Positions 15,337 to 24,697 of a DNA stretch of 27,869 nucleotides are shown piece by piece (positions within the stretch are counted from its first letter, which is position 1; each line of letters begins with the position of its first letter). Under the pieces are notes generated by a model, which worked only from the letters and a program-made list of their open reading frames with translations, did not search any database and was not told the origin of the DNA. The position numbers and the translations under genes are program-made. The stretch comes from a virus (lineage: Duplodnaviria > Caudoviricetes): positions 1 to 27,869 of IMG/VR virus record IMGVR_UViG_3300027214_000019, one strand, 5' to 3'.

Positions 15337-16461
15337 TTATGCGTTCATATAATTTGTGATGATAGATTGGAAACCTGGCATATCTCCCGATGATAAACCA
15401 GAACCGAAGAACCAAAAACCAGAAGTCCAACTGAAACTTGAGGTGGCATCATTACCATTAAAGTTAAGGTTCATTTGACCTCCCCCAACTCCAACATCAA
15501 CAGCTGTTTTGGTTTTTGTTGTTTGTGCCACATCATTTGTGAAGATGATAGTTGTATCAGCTGAAGTTTGCCCGTCAATCGTAGCTGCCTTAAATCCAAT
15601 ACCCGTGAAGTCATAAGCAGAAGTCAAACCAATACCCCTAAAGATGTTATGTGCTGTGGTTGAATTGTATTTTGCCTGGTTCCAAGAGTTATTATTCGTG
15701 CTCCACATCGCATTAGTTCCCGATGAAGAATTGGCAACAAAAGCGGCAACATAAGTTCCTTCACTATTATTAAGAGTTGTGGTGCTAATATTATTTACGC
15801 TCGCTGAATTACTACCCAATTGGATATAGTTTTCGTTGGTAAATCTCCAACCTGCCGACACATGCGTTGGAGGAACAACTCCTCCCGTATTAAATCTTAA
15901 AGTGGAAATTGTATTTGCTGGTGTAATCCAATTTATAAGGGTGAATGCTGAACTACCACCAGCGGTTAAATCAACCTTAAAGATATACATATTACCCAAT
16001 TTAGTCCAATAGCCAGCGGCTTTTAAGTCAACTACAAGTTGGTTCTGTAATACTTGTTGTGAGTAAGATGGTGCTGCGTATCCCAATCCCGATGCTCTTG
16101 TAAGGATTGCCGTGTATTCAGTTGTGAATGTTATAGGTGTTGAAGAAGGAGTGGGGGTAAGGGTCTTCGTTGGCGTAATCGTAGGGGTAGTTGTATTCGT
16201 TGGGGTAATCGTCGGTGTTGTAGTTGGAGTAGTGGTCGGTGTTGTAGTTGGAGTAGTGGTCGGCGTTGGCGTTATGGTTGGAGTTGTGCTCGGTGTTGGC
16301 GTTATGGTAGGGGTTGTTGTTTGTGTTGGTGTTTGTGTTGGCGTAGGTGTTGGACTTGGTGATGGTGCCGCACCAAAAATGTTGGGAACTAAACCCCCAT
16401 AGTTAAACACATATTGACCTTGAAAAAGGGTTCTTTCTAAAGATTTTTGGATTTCAGCCAT
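15337..16461 (-). CDS. Pro/Thr-stalk virion protein with a C-terminal domain related to that of the 1011-aa protein
   Basis: 374 aa; about 75-aa PT stalk (exact 24-bp tandem at 16211-16258); NQLVVDLKAAGYWTKL motif. Confidence 0.75.
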   Translation of the reverse strand: MAEIQKSLERTLFQGQYVFNYGGLVPNIFGAAPSPSPTPTPTQTPTQTTTPTITPTPSTTPTITPTPTTTPTTTPTTTPTTTPTITPTNTTTPTITPTKTLTPTPSSTPITFTTEYTAILTRASGLGYAAPSYSQQVLQNQLVVDLKAAGYWTKLGNMYIFKVDLTAGGSSAFTLINWITPANTISTLRFNTGGVVPPTHVSAGWRFTNENYIQLGSNSASVNNISTTTLNNSEGTYVAAFVANSSSGTNAMWSTNNNSWNQAKYNSTTAHNIFRGIGLTSAYDFTGIGFKAATIDGQTSADTTIIFTNDVAQTTKTKTAVDVGVGGGQMNLNFNGNDATSSFSWTSGFWFFGSGLSSGDMPGFQSIITNYMNA

Positions 16462-16702
16462 CTATAATTCTTTTATGTAAATCTTCTATAATTTTATCCA
16501 CATCAACATCTATACGACCTTTTTGTGTTGGTATAATATAATTTTTTGTGAGAATTAAACTTGTATCCTTGTAAAACTCTACCTCAATAAATAGTTCATT
16601 ACTCCATAAATCTAAAGTCAGCAGAGTAAGTTTATATCTATCACAATAAACATAAATATTTGCTCTACGAACACGAACTTTTTTATTGACCTCTAAATCC
16701 AT
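16454..16702 (-). CDS. Hypothetical protein
   Basis: 82-aa ORF overlapping the next gene by 8 nt. Confidence 0.65.
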   Translation of the reverse strand: MDLEVNKKVRVRRANIYVYCDRYKLTLLTLDLWSNELFIEVEFYKDTSLILTKNYIIPTQKGRIDVDVDKIIEDLHKRIIDG

Positions 16703-16708
16703 ATAATC

Positions 16709-16740
16709 AAAAAAAAGGGGGGAATAGTCCCCCCTCTCTT
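16709..16740 (-). terminator. Intrinsic terminator after the capsid/tail-tube genes
   Basis: AGGGGGGA-CTAT-TCCCCCCT stem followed by a T tract on the minus strand. Confidence 0.8.
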
Positions 16741-16757
16741 ATGTTGATTAGTGTTTT

Positions 16758-17416
16758 TTATTCTCTATCAAGACCGATGTTAGAATTAGCTGCCAACCAA
16801 GCCGTCAAAGTTTGACCTGGTGCTACATCAATTTGTGGAACTGAAATAGTTTCGTTTGATGTAAGAGTGATAGTGTATAATTGACTATCACCAGGTAAAG
16901 AACCTGAAGCCACAGAAGCACTTTCAATAAACATTCCCGAAGGTGATGCCAAGAAATACTTACCTGTCTTCAACTTAACGATGAAGATAGAAGCCGTATT
17001 TTTAACAATTTCTTGGTAAAGATTTGTTGCTTCTTGATTTAGACCAGGAATGGTAAAGACAAGTTGGGTATTAAATGTGAAACCCAAACTCTCCAAGTTG
17101 ATTGAAGTTGCTTCATTCAAAGCTGCGCTTGAATTACGGACAATATCAATTTTCTTGAACTCGTTTCCTGTAGTAGATGCGGTTAAACCAATAACCTCAC
17201 CTGTTCCTGAATAAGCGTCTTGAACTCGTTTCCTGTAGTAGATGCGGTTAAACCAATAACCTCACCTGTTCCTGAATAAGCGATACTTCCCAAAGAACAA
17301 GTAGTTCCTGTGCCAGGTGTAAGGACATACAGGCTATCAAGACCTGGAATGTTGTTTACACAGCTTTGGAGCTCTAACCCGTTGGTAATACAGCAGTTAT
17401 ATGTAGATGAACTCAT
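16758..17416 (-). CDS. Major tail (tube) protein, frameshifted in this sequence by a 65-bp duplication
   Basis: The two track ORFs join into one 197-aa frame (659-65=594 nt; ...GNEFKKIDIVRNSSAALNEAT...) when one copy is removed; lies directly after the capsid gene. Confidence 0.75.
17153..17282. repeat. Perfect 65-bp tandem duplication
   Basis: TCTTGAACTCGTTTCC...CCTGAATAAGCG at 17153-17217 and 17218-17282. Confidence 0.95.
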
Positions 17417-17451
17417 AATATTTTTGTTTTAATTTTTAGTGAGGTTTATGT

Positions 17452-18378
17452 TTAAGATGCGTAAACTACTTGAGAACCGAATGCTACAGCAGCACCCAAC
17501 TTCATTGCTAATTTCATACGAACCTGTTGGAAGTCATTAGACCACCAAGAAATTGGTGATGTAATATCAGACAATAAGTCAGTTCCATACATTAAGTTTT
17601 CAGGGTTAGTCAAAACCATATGAGCTGAAGCGATTTCACAAGAAATAGCCATCGTGTTCGTGAATGGGATTTGGATAACCATTTGTCCGTTCTGAAGTGT
17701 TACTGGGTTGAAATTGAATAAGTTCTGGTCACGAAGCGCTAATTGTAAAGCTTGAAAATCAGAGTGCGTCAACGCCATAATCGTTGGAACAACTTTCAAT
17801 GGGTCTGGAAGATTTAATAGGTATTGGTTTGTGATTGAAATTGCGTTTGACGGAGTAAGTGCGGTATAGCCAACATTTACAACATCACCTGAAATAGAAA
17901 CACTTTCTAATTGCTCTAATACACCACTACAACCTTCTACTGCGATAGTAGAGTTCCAGAAGCGTCTTGAAGCATAAACATTAGCCTTTTTAGAGATGTC
18001 TGCGATGAAAGCTTCTTCAGTAGCAGCACCTACGCTCTCGTTGTAAGAACCAGGAGCCAATCTAATACTCATTATCGTTCTATCCAAATCGGCAGGACAC
18101 CAACTTTTTTCTATAACATACTGACAGACACGAAGTTCCACTTCAGACATAGCAATAGTTCCGCCCGTGAACGAACAACCATTACCAGGATATGCGATGG
18201 TATCAATATCACCCGTCTCAAAAACAGGGATAAGTTCACCAAACTTTATGTTAGGGATTACTTTATACATTTGTGCCTCAATTGTATCCATAACGATTTT
18301 GTGTAATAACAAATCTGCGTTAGCATTGAGGTAATCAGCCATAGCAGTTGTATCAAAGTCAAAATTAAACTTTTTCAT
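17452..18378 (-). CDS. Major capsid protein
   Basis: 308 aa after the protease and scaffold genes; PNIK, C.F..G, WCP.DL and NL.YGTDLLSD motifs recalled from Bacteroidota-phage capsid proteins. Confidence 0.85.
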   Translation of the reverse strand: MKKFNFDFDTTAMADYLNANADLLLHKIVMDTIEAQMYKVIPNIKFGELIPVFETGDIDTIAYPGNGCSFTGGTIAMSEVELRVCQYVIEKSWCPADLDRTIMSIRLAPGSYNESVGAATEEAFIADISKKANVYASRRFWNSTIAVEGCSGVLEQLESVSISGDVVNVGYTALTPSNAISITNQYLLNLPDPLKVVPTIMALTHSDFQALQLALRDQNLFNFNPVTLQNGQMVIQIPFTNTMAISCEIASAHMVLTNPENLMYGTDLLSDITSPISWWSNDFQQVRMKLAMKLGAAVAFGSQVVYAS

Positions 18379-18397
18379 AATTGTAATTTATTTTATT

Positions 18398-18961
18398 TTA
18401 TTTTTTTAGGTTTTCTTTCATCTCTCTCAACAGCTCATATCTGTGGTCTGTGAAATTAGATGAAACTAATTTATCCTCTTTTAGAGGTTGATAAGCTGAA
18501 GAAGCCTTGAAACCTTCATAATCTTTTTTCAGTTTCTTCATTTCTTCACTTAACATTTTTAATTCTTCAACGACTGGTGTAAGTGCGTCTACTAACGCAG
18601 ATACAACATCGGGGGTCATAACATCAACAACCTCATCTTTGATTTCAACAGGGACTTCAGCCGCTTCAATAACAACTTCAACTTTTTCTTCGGTTTCACC
18701 CCCGTTTATTTCTGTGAGTTTTCCTTCGGTATCAGTAATGAATACTCTACCATCAAGGAGTTTGTGTGTGCCACTACCTACAATCGTGTAAGTGCCGTCT
18801 TCGTTTTTTAAGGAAACAACATCACCCACTTGAAAATCTCCTTCGGTTTGATTGGAAATAACCAATCCACCTTCTAATTCAACTTCCTCAAATGAGTATA
18901 ATGAGTTAAACTTAAAACCAACCAAGTCAGCGACTTTTCTTAAGATTTCAATATTTTTCAT
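18398..18961 (-). CDS. Putative capsid scaffolding protein
   Basis: Acidic 187 aa, G.H.L.DG motif then a coiled coil; sits between protease and capsid genes. Confidence 0.65.
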   Translation of the reverse strand: MKNIEILRKVADLVGFKFNSLYSFEEVELEGGLVISNQTEGDFQVGDVVSLKNEDGTYTIVGSGTHKLLDGRVFITDTEGKLTEINGGETEEKVEVVIEAAEVPVEIKDEVVDVMTPDVVSALVDALTPVVEELKMLSEEMKKLKKDYEGFKASSAYQPLKEDKLVSSNFTDHRYELLREMKENLKK

Positions 18962-19006
18962 AGTGTAATTTTTTTTTATTGTTTATTAGTAAATAGTGTG
19001 AAAAAA

Positions 19007-21421
19007 TCACAACTCTTTTTTTATTTTGTTTAACATCTCTGTAAATAGGTTCATAACATTTTCTGCCTCAAATCCATCAACAGCTTCTTTGTGGGTTTTA
19101 CAAGGAAACCAGCCATACTCTTCCATAAAATGTATACCCTCACAACCAATTTTCAATCCTGCCTGTGCCGCTTGAGCTGGATAGGGGTAATATGGTGCTC
19201 CATCGTGAATACCCATTTGAGCCATATTCTCACTACGGATTTTTCCACATACCTTGGCAGCAATTTCTTTACTACCATATCTTTTAGTTTGGTCTGAAAT
19301 ACACTTGTCCCAATCGTAAGGCTTAAAGTTCTCCACAGCCTTTGTATCCAAATCCTTTTTATCGGGGTCTAAATAATCACCCATTCCTTTAGTATTTATT
19401 TCCATTTCTTTCTTTGCTTTAATTGGAACGCAATTTGGCACTTCTCTACCATCTACGATTTTTGTTCCGATAGGTTCATAACCTTCCCAACAAGTCCCTT
19501 CAGGAAAGTTAAACTTATCTCTCCAATATGAATAACAAACTGCTAATCTTTGTTGCTCATTATCATATTCATTTATGATTGTATCTGATGAAGCACAACG
19601 ACCGATGAACTCACTTTCGTCTTCACCTGGTCTTGGGTCAATAAAACTTTCCTTAACATCAAAAAAGTTGAATGGTATTTCTTGGAACATTCCTTCCAAA
19701 CTTACCCCTTGAGTTTTATTACTTAATACAAAGTCCTCAAACATTCTTTTGTCCTTGAAGTGAATGGTAGTCATCCAGGTTCCTGGCTCAAAGGTTCTAC
19801 CAAATAACTCAAACGACTTATCTTTTTCAGGGTCATCACCAACTAACCAGTTCTCGTAGGTATACACATCATCAGGTGCGAATATCATACCTGAATGCTC
19901 AAGATTTACAACCCCACCTTTACCTTGTTTCTGTCTTGAAAACTTCAACAACATTTTACGGATTGTCTCTCTACTCATAAACACAAAGTAGGGGGAATTG
20001 GTTTCCGTATCATAACGATAAATCTTTTGATTTGGTTGGAATACAACAGCGGTAATATCACCCTTCATTTCGTTTGATGAGAACGCCACATTCATCTCTG
20101 TTCCTTTCTTAATCTCCTTCTCCAAATAACTCATTGCTTGGTCGTAAGTTGATGGGGTGAAACCCCAACTCAACATCATCAAATATCCACAACCTTCTTC
20201 AATAGATTTGGAACTTTCATAATCTACTTTATGTCTTGCTCCATAGGAATACATACGGGTCAAAGTTTCAAGTGAATGCTCCTGACCCTCTCTAGCCAAA
20301 TCGTGAGCTCTTTGTTTACCCACATCTGTTCCACAATCACCCCAACCATTTTGTTCTGCGTAGTCCACAGCTCTTTGTGCTGCTTCTCTGATGTAATCAG
20401 GGACTTTGGCGAAACTATGTCTTACCTTAAACTTCTCCATAACATCTGCGGTATCCTCAAAGTATTCAGGGTAAATGTCCGCAGCACACCAACCTTCAAC
20501 ACACTCTTGTGATGGGATTGGGTAGATGTCTCCTGGTTCTCCGTATCCATAGTCATAACACAATTTTACTTTGGTAAGTGTTTGTGATGTTGGTTCAGCC
20601 AACATTGCTCCAAATCTTGTAGGGTATACAAATAGTCCCATATGGAAAGCAATTGGTTCTGTTGCGTCTTGTTTTGAGAATTGAGATGATACTGGCGGTA
20701 TTACACTCCACTCTGATACGAATGGTCTACCAATCATTTCAACTCTCTCACCTTTAGCAATTGCTGGTTGAACCTTGTTAGGAATTGATGCTAATACATC
20801 ATTAAAGTTCTGTCCCTGTTTGATAGGGAAGTCAATTTGTTGCCACTTGTGTCTACAGAACTTTCCAGATTTGTAGGTCTTAAAATCCACACTTGGTGCT
20901 GTTCTTGGACGAGCAACCAAACGGAAACTATCTGATGAAGAAGTAAGTTGTTGAGAGATACTCTGAAGGTCTGAATTGGAGTATACACGACTATTCAATA
21001 TCATCTTACGGCACAGAGCTCTTGAGGTTCTAATCAAAGGAGCACCTAATGATGTATCAACAACATAGATGTATCTTGATATGTAAGTCCCTTCAGGGTC
21101 ATCACCAAAACTTAATTGGTTTGGATTTGATGTAATTGGGGGAACTGATACAGGACGGGCAAAGTCCTCTTTGGTAAGTTCAATTTCTACATCTGTTCTC
21201 TCTGCCTCAAAGAACATTTTTGTGTCGGGAACTAACCCACCCAAATTAAGATTATCAATTTGTTCTTTGGAAAAGTCAGCACCTTCAACAGAACAACTAT
21301 GGGGTTTGGTATTGTTGAATACCTCCCAAGCGATTTCTGTTGCGGGTGTTTTAACCAAAGACAAATATTCTACACCAGACATTTCGTCATCTTCGTCAAT
21401 CGTAAGCTCAAATATTTTCAT
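19007..21421 (-). CDS. Prohead serine protease (XkdF/Peptidase_S78_2-like), multidomain
   Basis: N-terminal SGVEYLSLVKTPA; core PNQKIYR, NLEH, ENWLV, PGTWM and GVSLEG (His and Ser as candidate catalytic residues). Confidence 0.8.
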   Translation of the reverse strand: MKIFELTIDEDDEMSGVEYLSLVKTPATEIAWEVFNNTKPHSCSVEGADFSKEQIDNLNLGGLVPDTKMFFEAERTDVEIELTKEDFARPVSVPPITSNPNQLSFGDDPEGTYISRYIYVVDTSLGAPLIRTSRALCRKMILNSRVYSNSDLQSISQQLTSSSDSFRLVARPRTAPSVDFKTYKSGKFCRHKWQQIDFPIKQGQNFNDVLASIPNKVQPAIAKGERVEMIGRPFVSEWSVIPPVSSQFSKQDATEPIAFHMGLFVYPTRFGAMLAEPTSQTLTKVKLCYDYGYGEPGDIYPIPSQECVEGWCAADIYPEYFEDTADVMEKFKVRHSFAKVPDYIREAAQRAVDYAEQNGWGDCGTDVGKQRAHDLAREGQEHSLETLTRMYSYGARHKVDYESSKSIEEGCGYLMMLSWGFTPSTYDQAMSYLEKEIKKGTEMNVAFSSNEMKGDITAVVFQPNQKIYRYDTETNSPYFVFMSRETIRKMLLKFSRQKQGKGGVVNLEHSGMIFAPDDVYTYENWLVGDDPEKDKSFELFGRTFEPGTWMTTIHFKDKRMFEDFVLSNKTQGVSLEGMFQEIPFNFFDVKESFIDPRPGEDESEFIGRCASSDTIINEYDNEQQRLAVCYSYWRDKFNFPEGTCWEGYEPIGTKIVDGREVPNCVPIKAKKEMEINTKGMGDYLDPDKKDLDTKAVENFKPYDWDKCISDQTKRYGSKEIAAKVCGKIRSENMAQMGIHDGAPYYPYPAQAAQAGLKIGCEGIHFMEEYGWFPCKTHKEAVDGFEAENVMNLFTEMLNKIKKEL

Positions 21422-21430
21422 AGTATTAAA

Positions 21431-24400
21431 TTACAACCTAGCTAGTTGTGTAATTTTTTGATTTAGTTTAGTTGTATCTTGTATGTCGTTATACAATACA
21501 TATGCTTTAAGAGGTTGTTTGTTGGCAGTATTTTGTGAAGCTATTGCTTGGACTATTCTACTATCATCAATCGTCAGGGCACGACCCCCTGTTGAATTAT
21601 TGATTTGGGATATAACATCACCGAATTGTCTAACCCCTTCTTTATTTACCACGAACTCACCACCTTCAAGTAGAGCAGGAACTCCACCATTTGCTCCTTC
21701 GTGGCTTTCACCCATAATAAGACCACCTCGTCTACCCACAAATGCTTTGGATTGTGTGAATTGGATTTGGTCTCTGATGATAGCGGCTTGAGCAATCGTC
21801 AATCCACCAATAACACCTGCGTAAATTATTGGAATTGGTGGTGGTGCTTGTAATGCCAATGCGTTTAACACAGCGTTTGCTCCTGTTGATAGTGCGCTTG
21901 CGAGTGAGAATTGTAGTTCTTGTATTCTTGCCTTTTTCTCAATCTCAAATCTTTCTTTAGCAAACTTTTTCTGAACTGCGGTTCTTTCAGCCTCAATCTT
22001 TTTGTTTTCTTTTTCACTCTGCGTATTTGCCTCACCAATCAAAGCCAATGCGGTTTCTTGTTTGTATTGTAATTGTTCTAACAATAGTGAGTTTTGCGCA
22101 TTTATTAAAGTATTCATCTGACCTAAAATCTCATTGAAAACCTCTAATACAACTTCAGCAACTTCTCTAATGTTTTCAATAGTTTTGGTAAAACTATCTT
22201 CAGTTTCTGTTGGTAATTGTTTTAATTTCTTTTCTATCTCATTTAAGAGTTTGATAAATGGGTTGTCCTCTATTCCAAATTGATTAGCGAACTCATCACC
22301 AACAATTCTTAAGTATGATGCTAGTTTTTCTAACTCCTCACGGGACTTACCTTCAATATCGTTGATACCTTCTTCAACCCCACCGAAAATCGCCATCACA
22401 CCATCTTTACCAAACTTCTCAAGGTATTTGTCTGCGTTGTTGAATATGTCTGTGAAGATGGTTGCGAACCCATCAGCATTCTGCTCAAAATAATCTTTAA
22501 TCCCTTCCAATGCTTCAGGTTTAATTGGAGCTTCAATTGCGGCTTTATTTTCCTCAATCTTTTTGGTATTCTTTTCTGCCTCATCACCAACTTTTCTCAA
22601 ACCAATTACGAACTCACTACTATTTTTAATTTGATTAGCAATTTCATTAGTAATATTTGATAAAGATTTTAACTCTTCATTTAATGCGGTAATTCTTTCA
22701 GCCGCTAATTTCTTTGTATTTTCATCACCACTCTCAACTAATTTTTTTTGTGTGTTGATTTCCTCAATTATCTTTTTTGATTTTTCGTTGATTGTTAAAC
22801 CTTCAACACCGAGTTTAATTGTGCTTCTAACTCTATTATTTATTTGTTCTTCAATATCAATAATTCTTTGACCTGATACAGACCTATTCAATAATAGTTT
22901 AGCATATAGTTCTTCTATATCACGAAGATTTTTTAAGTCCTCTTTATCTGCGAAAGGTGTGAATGTAATATTTTCACCATCTTGTGATATACCAGTATAA
23001 ATCCCTTTAATTGCCGATGCTCTGTCTTCAAGGGTCTTGAAATAATCTATAAACGCTAACTTACTTTCCTCGTTTACATTTATGAGTTGTTCTGAAATAC
23101 CTGGATATGTTTTTTCAGCAAACTCAATAAAACTACCAAATCCTGTGATTTCAGTTAAATCTAATTCACCACTCTTTAAGCTCTCATCAATAACCTTGAA
23201 TAACTTATCATAACCATCTTTTAATCCTTCAGCTTCTTTTTCACTTGGAATAATCTTAAAGAAGGTTTCTTGTAATTCTTTAATAATCTTATTAGAACCT
23301 GATTGTAGTTTATCGGCTACAGATTGTAGATAACTGGTTTGTTCGTTGATTACTTCTTTCTGTTTATCTAATATTTCTGATTGAACTTTTAGTTCTGTTT
23401 GTCCGTATTTTTCTAGAGTTCCTTGTAGTGTATTGATTACATTTATTTCATTTTCAATAGCAATTCTTCTCTTATCCACAATCTCTGTGGTTTTGGTTGT
23501 TTCCTTACCAACTTTTTCTTCGGCTTTGACTTGGTCTTCCAATTTTTTATTAAGGGGAGCAATCTTACCCAATAAATCATCAACAGCTTGTTCTTGTTCG
23601 GCAATACTAAAGTTTACCACATTAAGTTCTCTCTCTTCGTCTTTTGCCGCATTGACTAAATCTTTAGTTAGTTGATTGTATGCCCCCAAAGGTTGTAGAC
23701 CTCCTCTGATTTGTAATGATAATTTACCCAAGAATGTTTCACTATCTTCTAAAACCTCATTTACTTCAGTTTGTCCTTTGATTTCTAAATCTATCTGCTT
23801 ATTCCTTAATACTTTAAGTTTGGCTTGGGCTTCCTCTAACGCAATTTGTATCTTTAAGAACTCAATACCTTGTGAGGTAAGTTCATTATTCTTATCCAAG
23901 AATGCGTTGAAACCAGGATATGCCTTCTTCAAGTCCTCTATCGTTTTTAACTCAAGATTTCTTTGTATTACACTATCCGTTAAAATCGTTAAACCAATCT
24001 TACTTTCTTGTGCGACTTTTTTAGCCTCAATTGCTAGTTCTTGATTTAACTTTGTTTGTATATCTAATTGTTTGTTTAACTCCTTTTCCGCAGATACTTC
24101 ATCACTTGTTGCCCTGAATAAAAGATATAGTGCCCCCGTTAAAGCAACAACACCAGCAATAACTAAACCGATGGGGTTTGCTGCCAATACTGCGTTGTAT
24201 GCTACCTGTGCGGCTGTGGCTACTTTTGTAGCGAATGTAAGAGCAGCTTGTTTAACTTTTGCTGCGGTTAGTTGTTGGTCGGCAATCTCTCTACGGATTT
24301 GTAAAATACCAAGAGCAGAATTAAGAACACCGATAGCGGTTGCTTCAGCTCTTTGGACTTGTTCTAAAGTTCCTGTGTCGGCAATAACAATACCAATAAC

Positions 24401-24691
24401 ACCTGATAGGATTTGGATTGAACTAGTTAAAATACCAACAGATGCGTTGATTGCGTTAAATCGTTTTTCAGCCCCCAATCCTTCGGTTGACTTATCAATA
24501 TCATCAATCTTGGTTTTGAGTTTCTGAATATTTGTTGTGGTTTCCTTGAAGGCAGCGCTACCAAAATCCAAAGTTTTTAACTTGGTCTGTAGAGAACCTA
24601 ATTCGGTTTCTAAATCCTTAAGGTTTGAGATTACTTTATCCCCACCTTCAGAAGAGATTTTAATACCAATCGCAATAGTTTTTTGAGCCAT
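21431..24691 (-). CDS. Tail tape measure protein
   Basis: 1086-aa helical protein with QVAYNAVLAANPIGLVIAGVVAL and C-terminal GGLI.G.SH..GG...EGGEFVVN. Confidence 0.9.
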   Translation of the reverse strand: MAQKTIAIGIKISSEGGDKVISNLKDLETELGSLQTKLKTLDFGSAAFKETTTNIQKLKTKIDDIDKSTEGLGAEKRFNAINASVGILTSSIQILSGVIGIVIADTGTLEQVQRAEATAIGVLNSALGILQIRREIADQQLTAAKVKQAALTFATKVATAAQVAYNAVLAANPIGLVIAGVVALTGALYLLFRATSDEVSAEKELNKQLDIQTKLNQELAIEAKKVAQESKIGLTILTDSVIQRNLELKTIEDLKKAYPGFNAFLDKNNELTSQGIEFLKIQIALEEAQAKLKVLRNKQIDLEIKGQTEVNEVLEDSETFLGKLSLQIRGGLQPLGAYNQLTKDLVNAAKDEERELNVVNFSIAEQEQAVDDLLGKIAPLNKKLEDQVKAEEKVGKETTKTTEIVDKRRIAIENEINVINTLQGTLEKYGQTELKVQSEILDKQKEVINEQTSYLQSVADKLQSGSNKIIKELQETFFKIIPSEKEAEGLKDGYDKLFKVIDESLKSGELDLTEITGFGSFIEFAEKTYPGISEQLINVNEESKLAFIDYFKTLEDRASAIKGIYTGISQDGENITFTPFADKEDLKNLRDIEELYAKLLLNRSVSGQRIIDIEEQINNRVRSTIKLGVEGLTINEKSKKIIEEINTQKKLVESGDENTKKLAAERITALNEELKSLSNITNEIANQIKNSSEFVIGLRKVGDEAEKNTKKIEENKAAIEAPIKPEALEGIKDYFEQNADGFATIFTDIFNNADKYLEKFGKDGVMAIFGGVEEGINDIEGKSREELEKLASYLRIVGDEFANQFGIEDNPFIKLLNEIEKKLKQLPTETEDSFTKTIENIREVAEVVLEVFNEILGQMNTLINAQNSLLLEQLQYKQETALALIGEANTQSEKENKKIEAERTAVQKKFAKERFEIEKKARIQELQFSLASALSTGANAVLNALALQAPPPIPIIYAGVIGGLTIAQAAIIRDQIQFTQSKAFVGRRGGLIMGESHEGANGGVPALLEGGEFVVNKEGVRQFGDVISQINNSTGGRALTIDDSRIVQAIASQNTANKQPLKAYVLYNDIQDTTKLNQKITQLARL

Positions 24692-24697
24692 AATATA

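Noticed and set aside
13265-16402. Val/Gly-rich plus-strand ORFs and alternative-frame minus ORFs over the repeat genes
   Set aside because: Shadows of the low-complexity Pro/Thr coding repeats; no independent start signals.
16758-17416. Two separate genes or a programmed frameshift in the tail tube
   Set aside because: Fully explained by the 65-bp duplication; no slippery site is needed.
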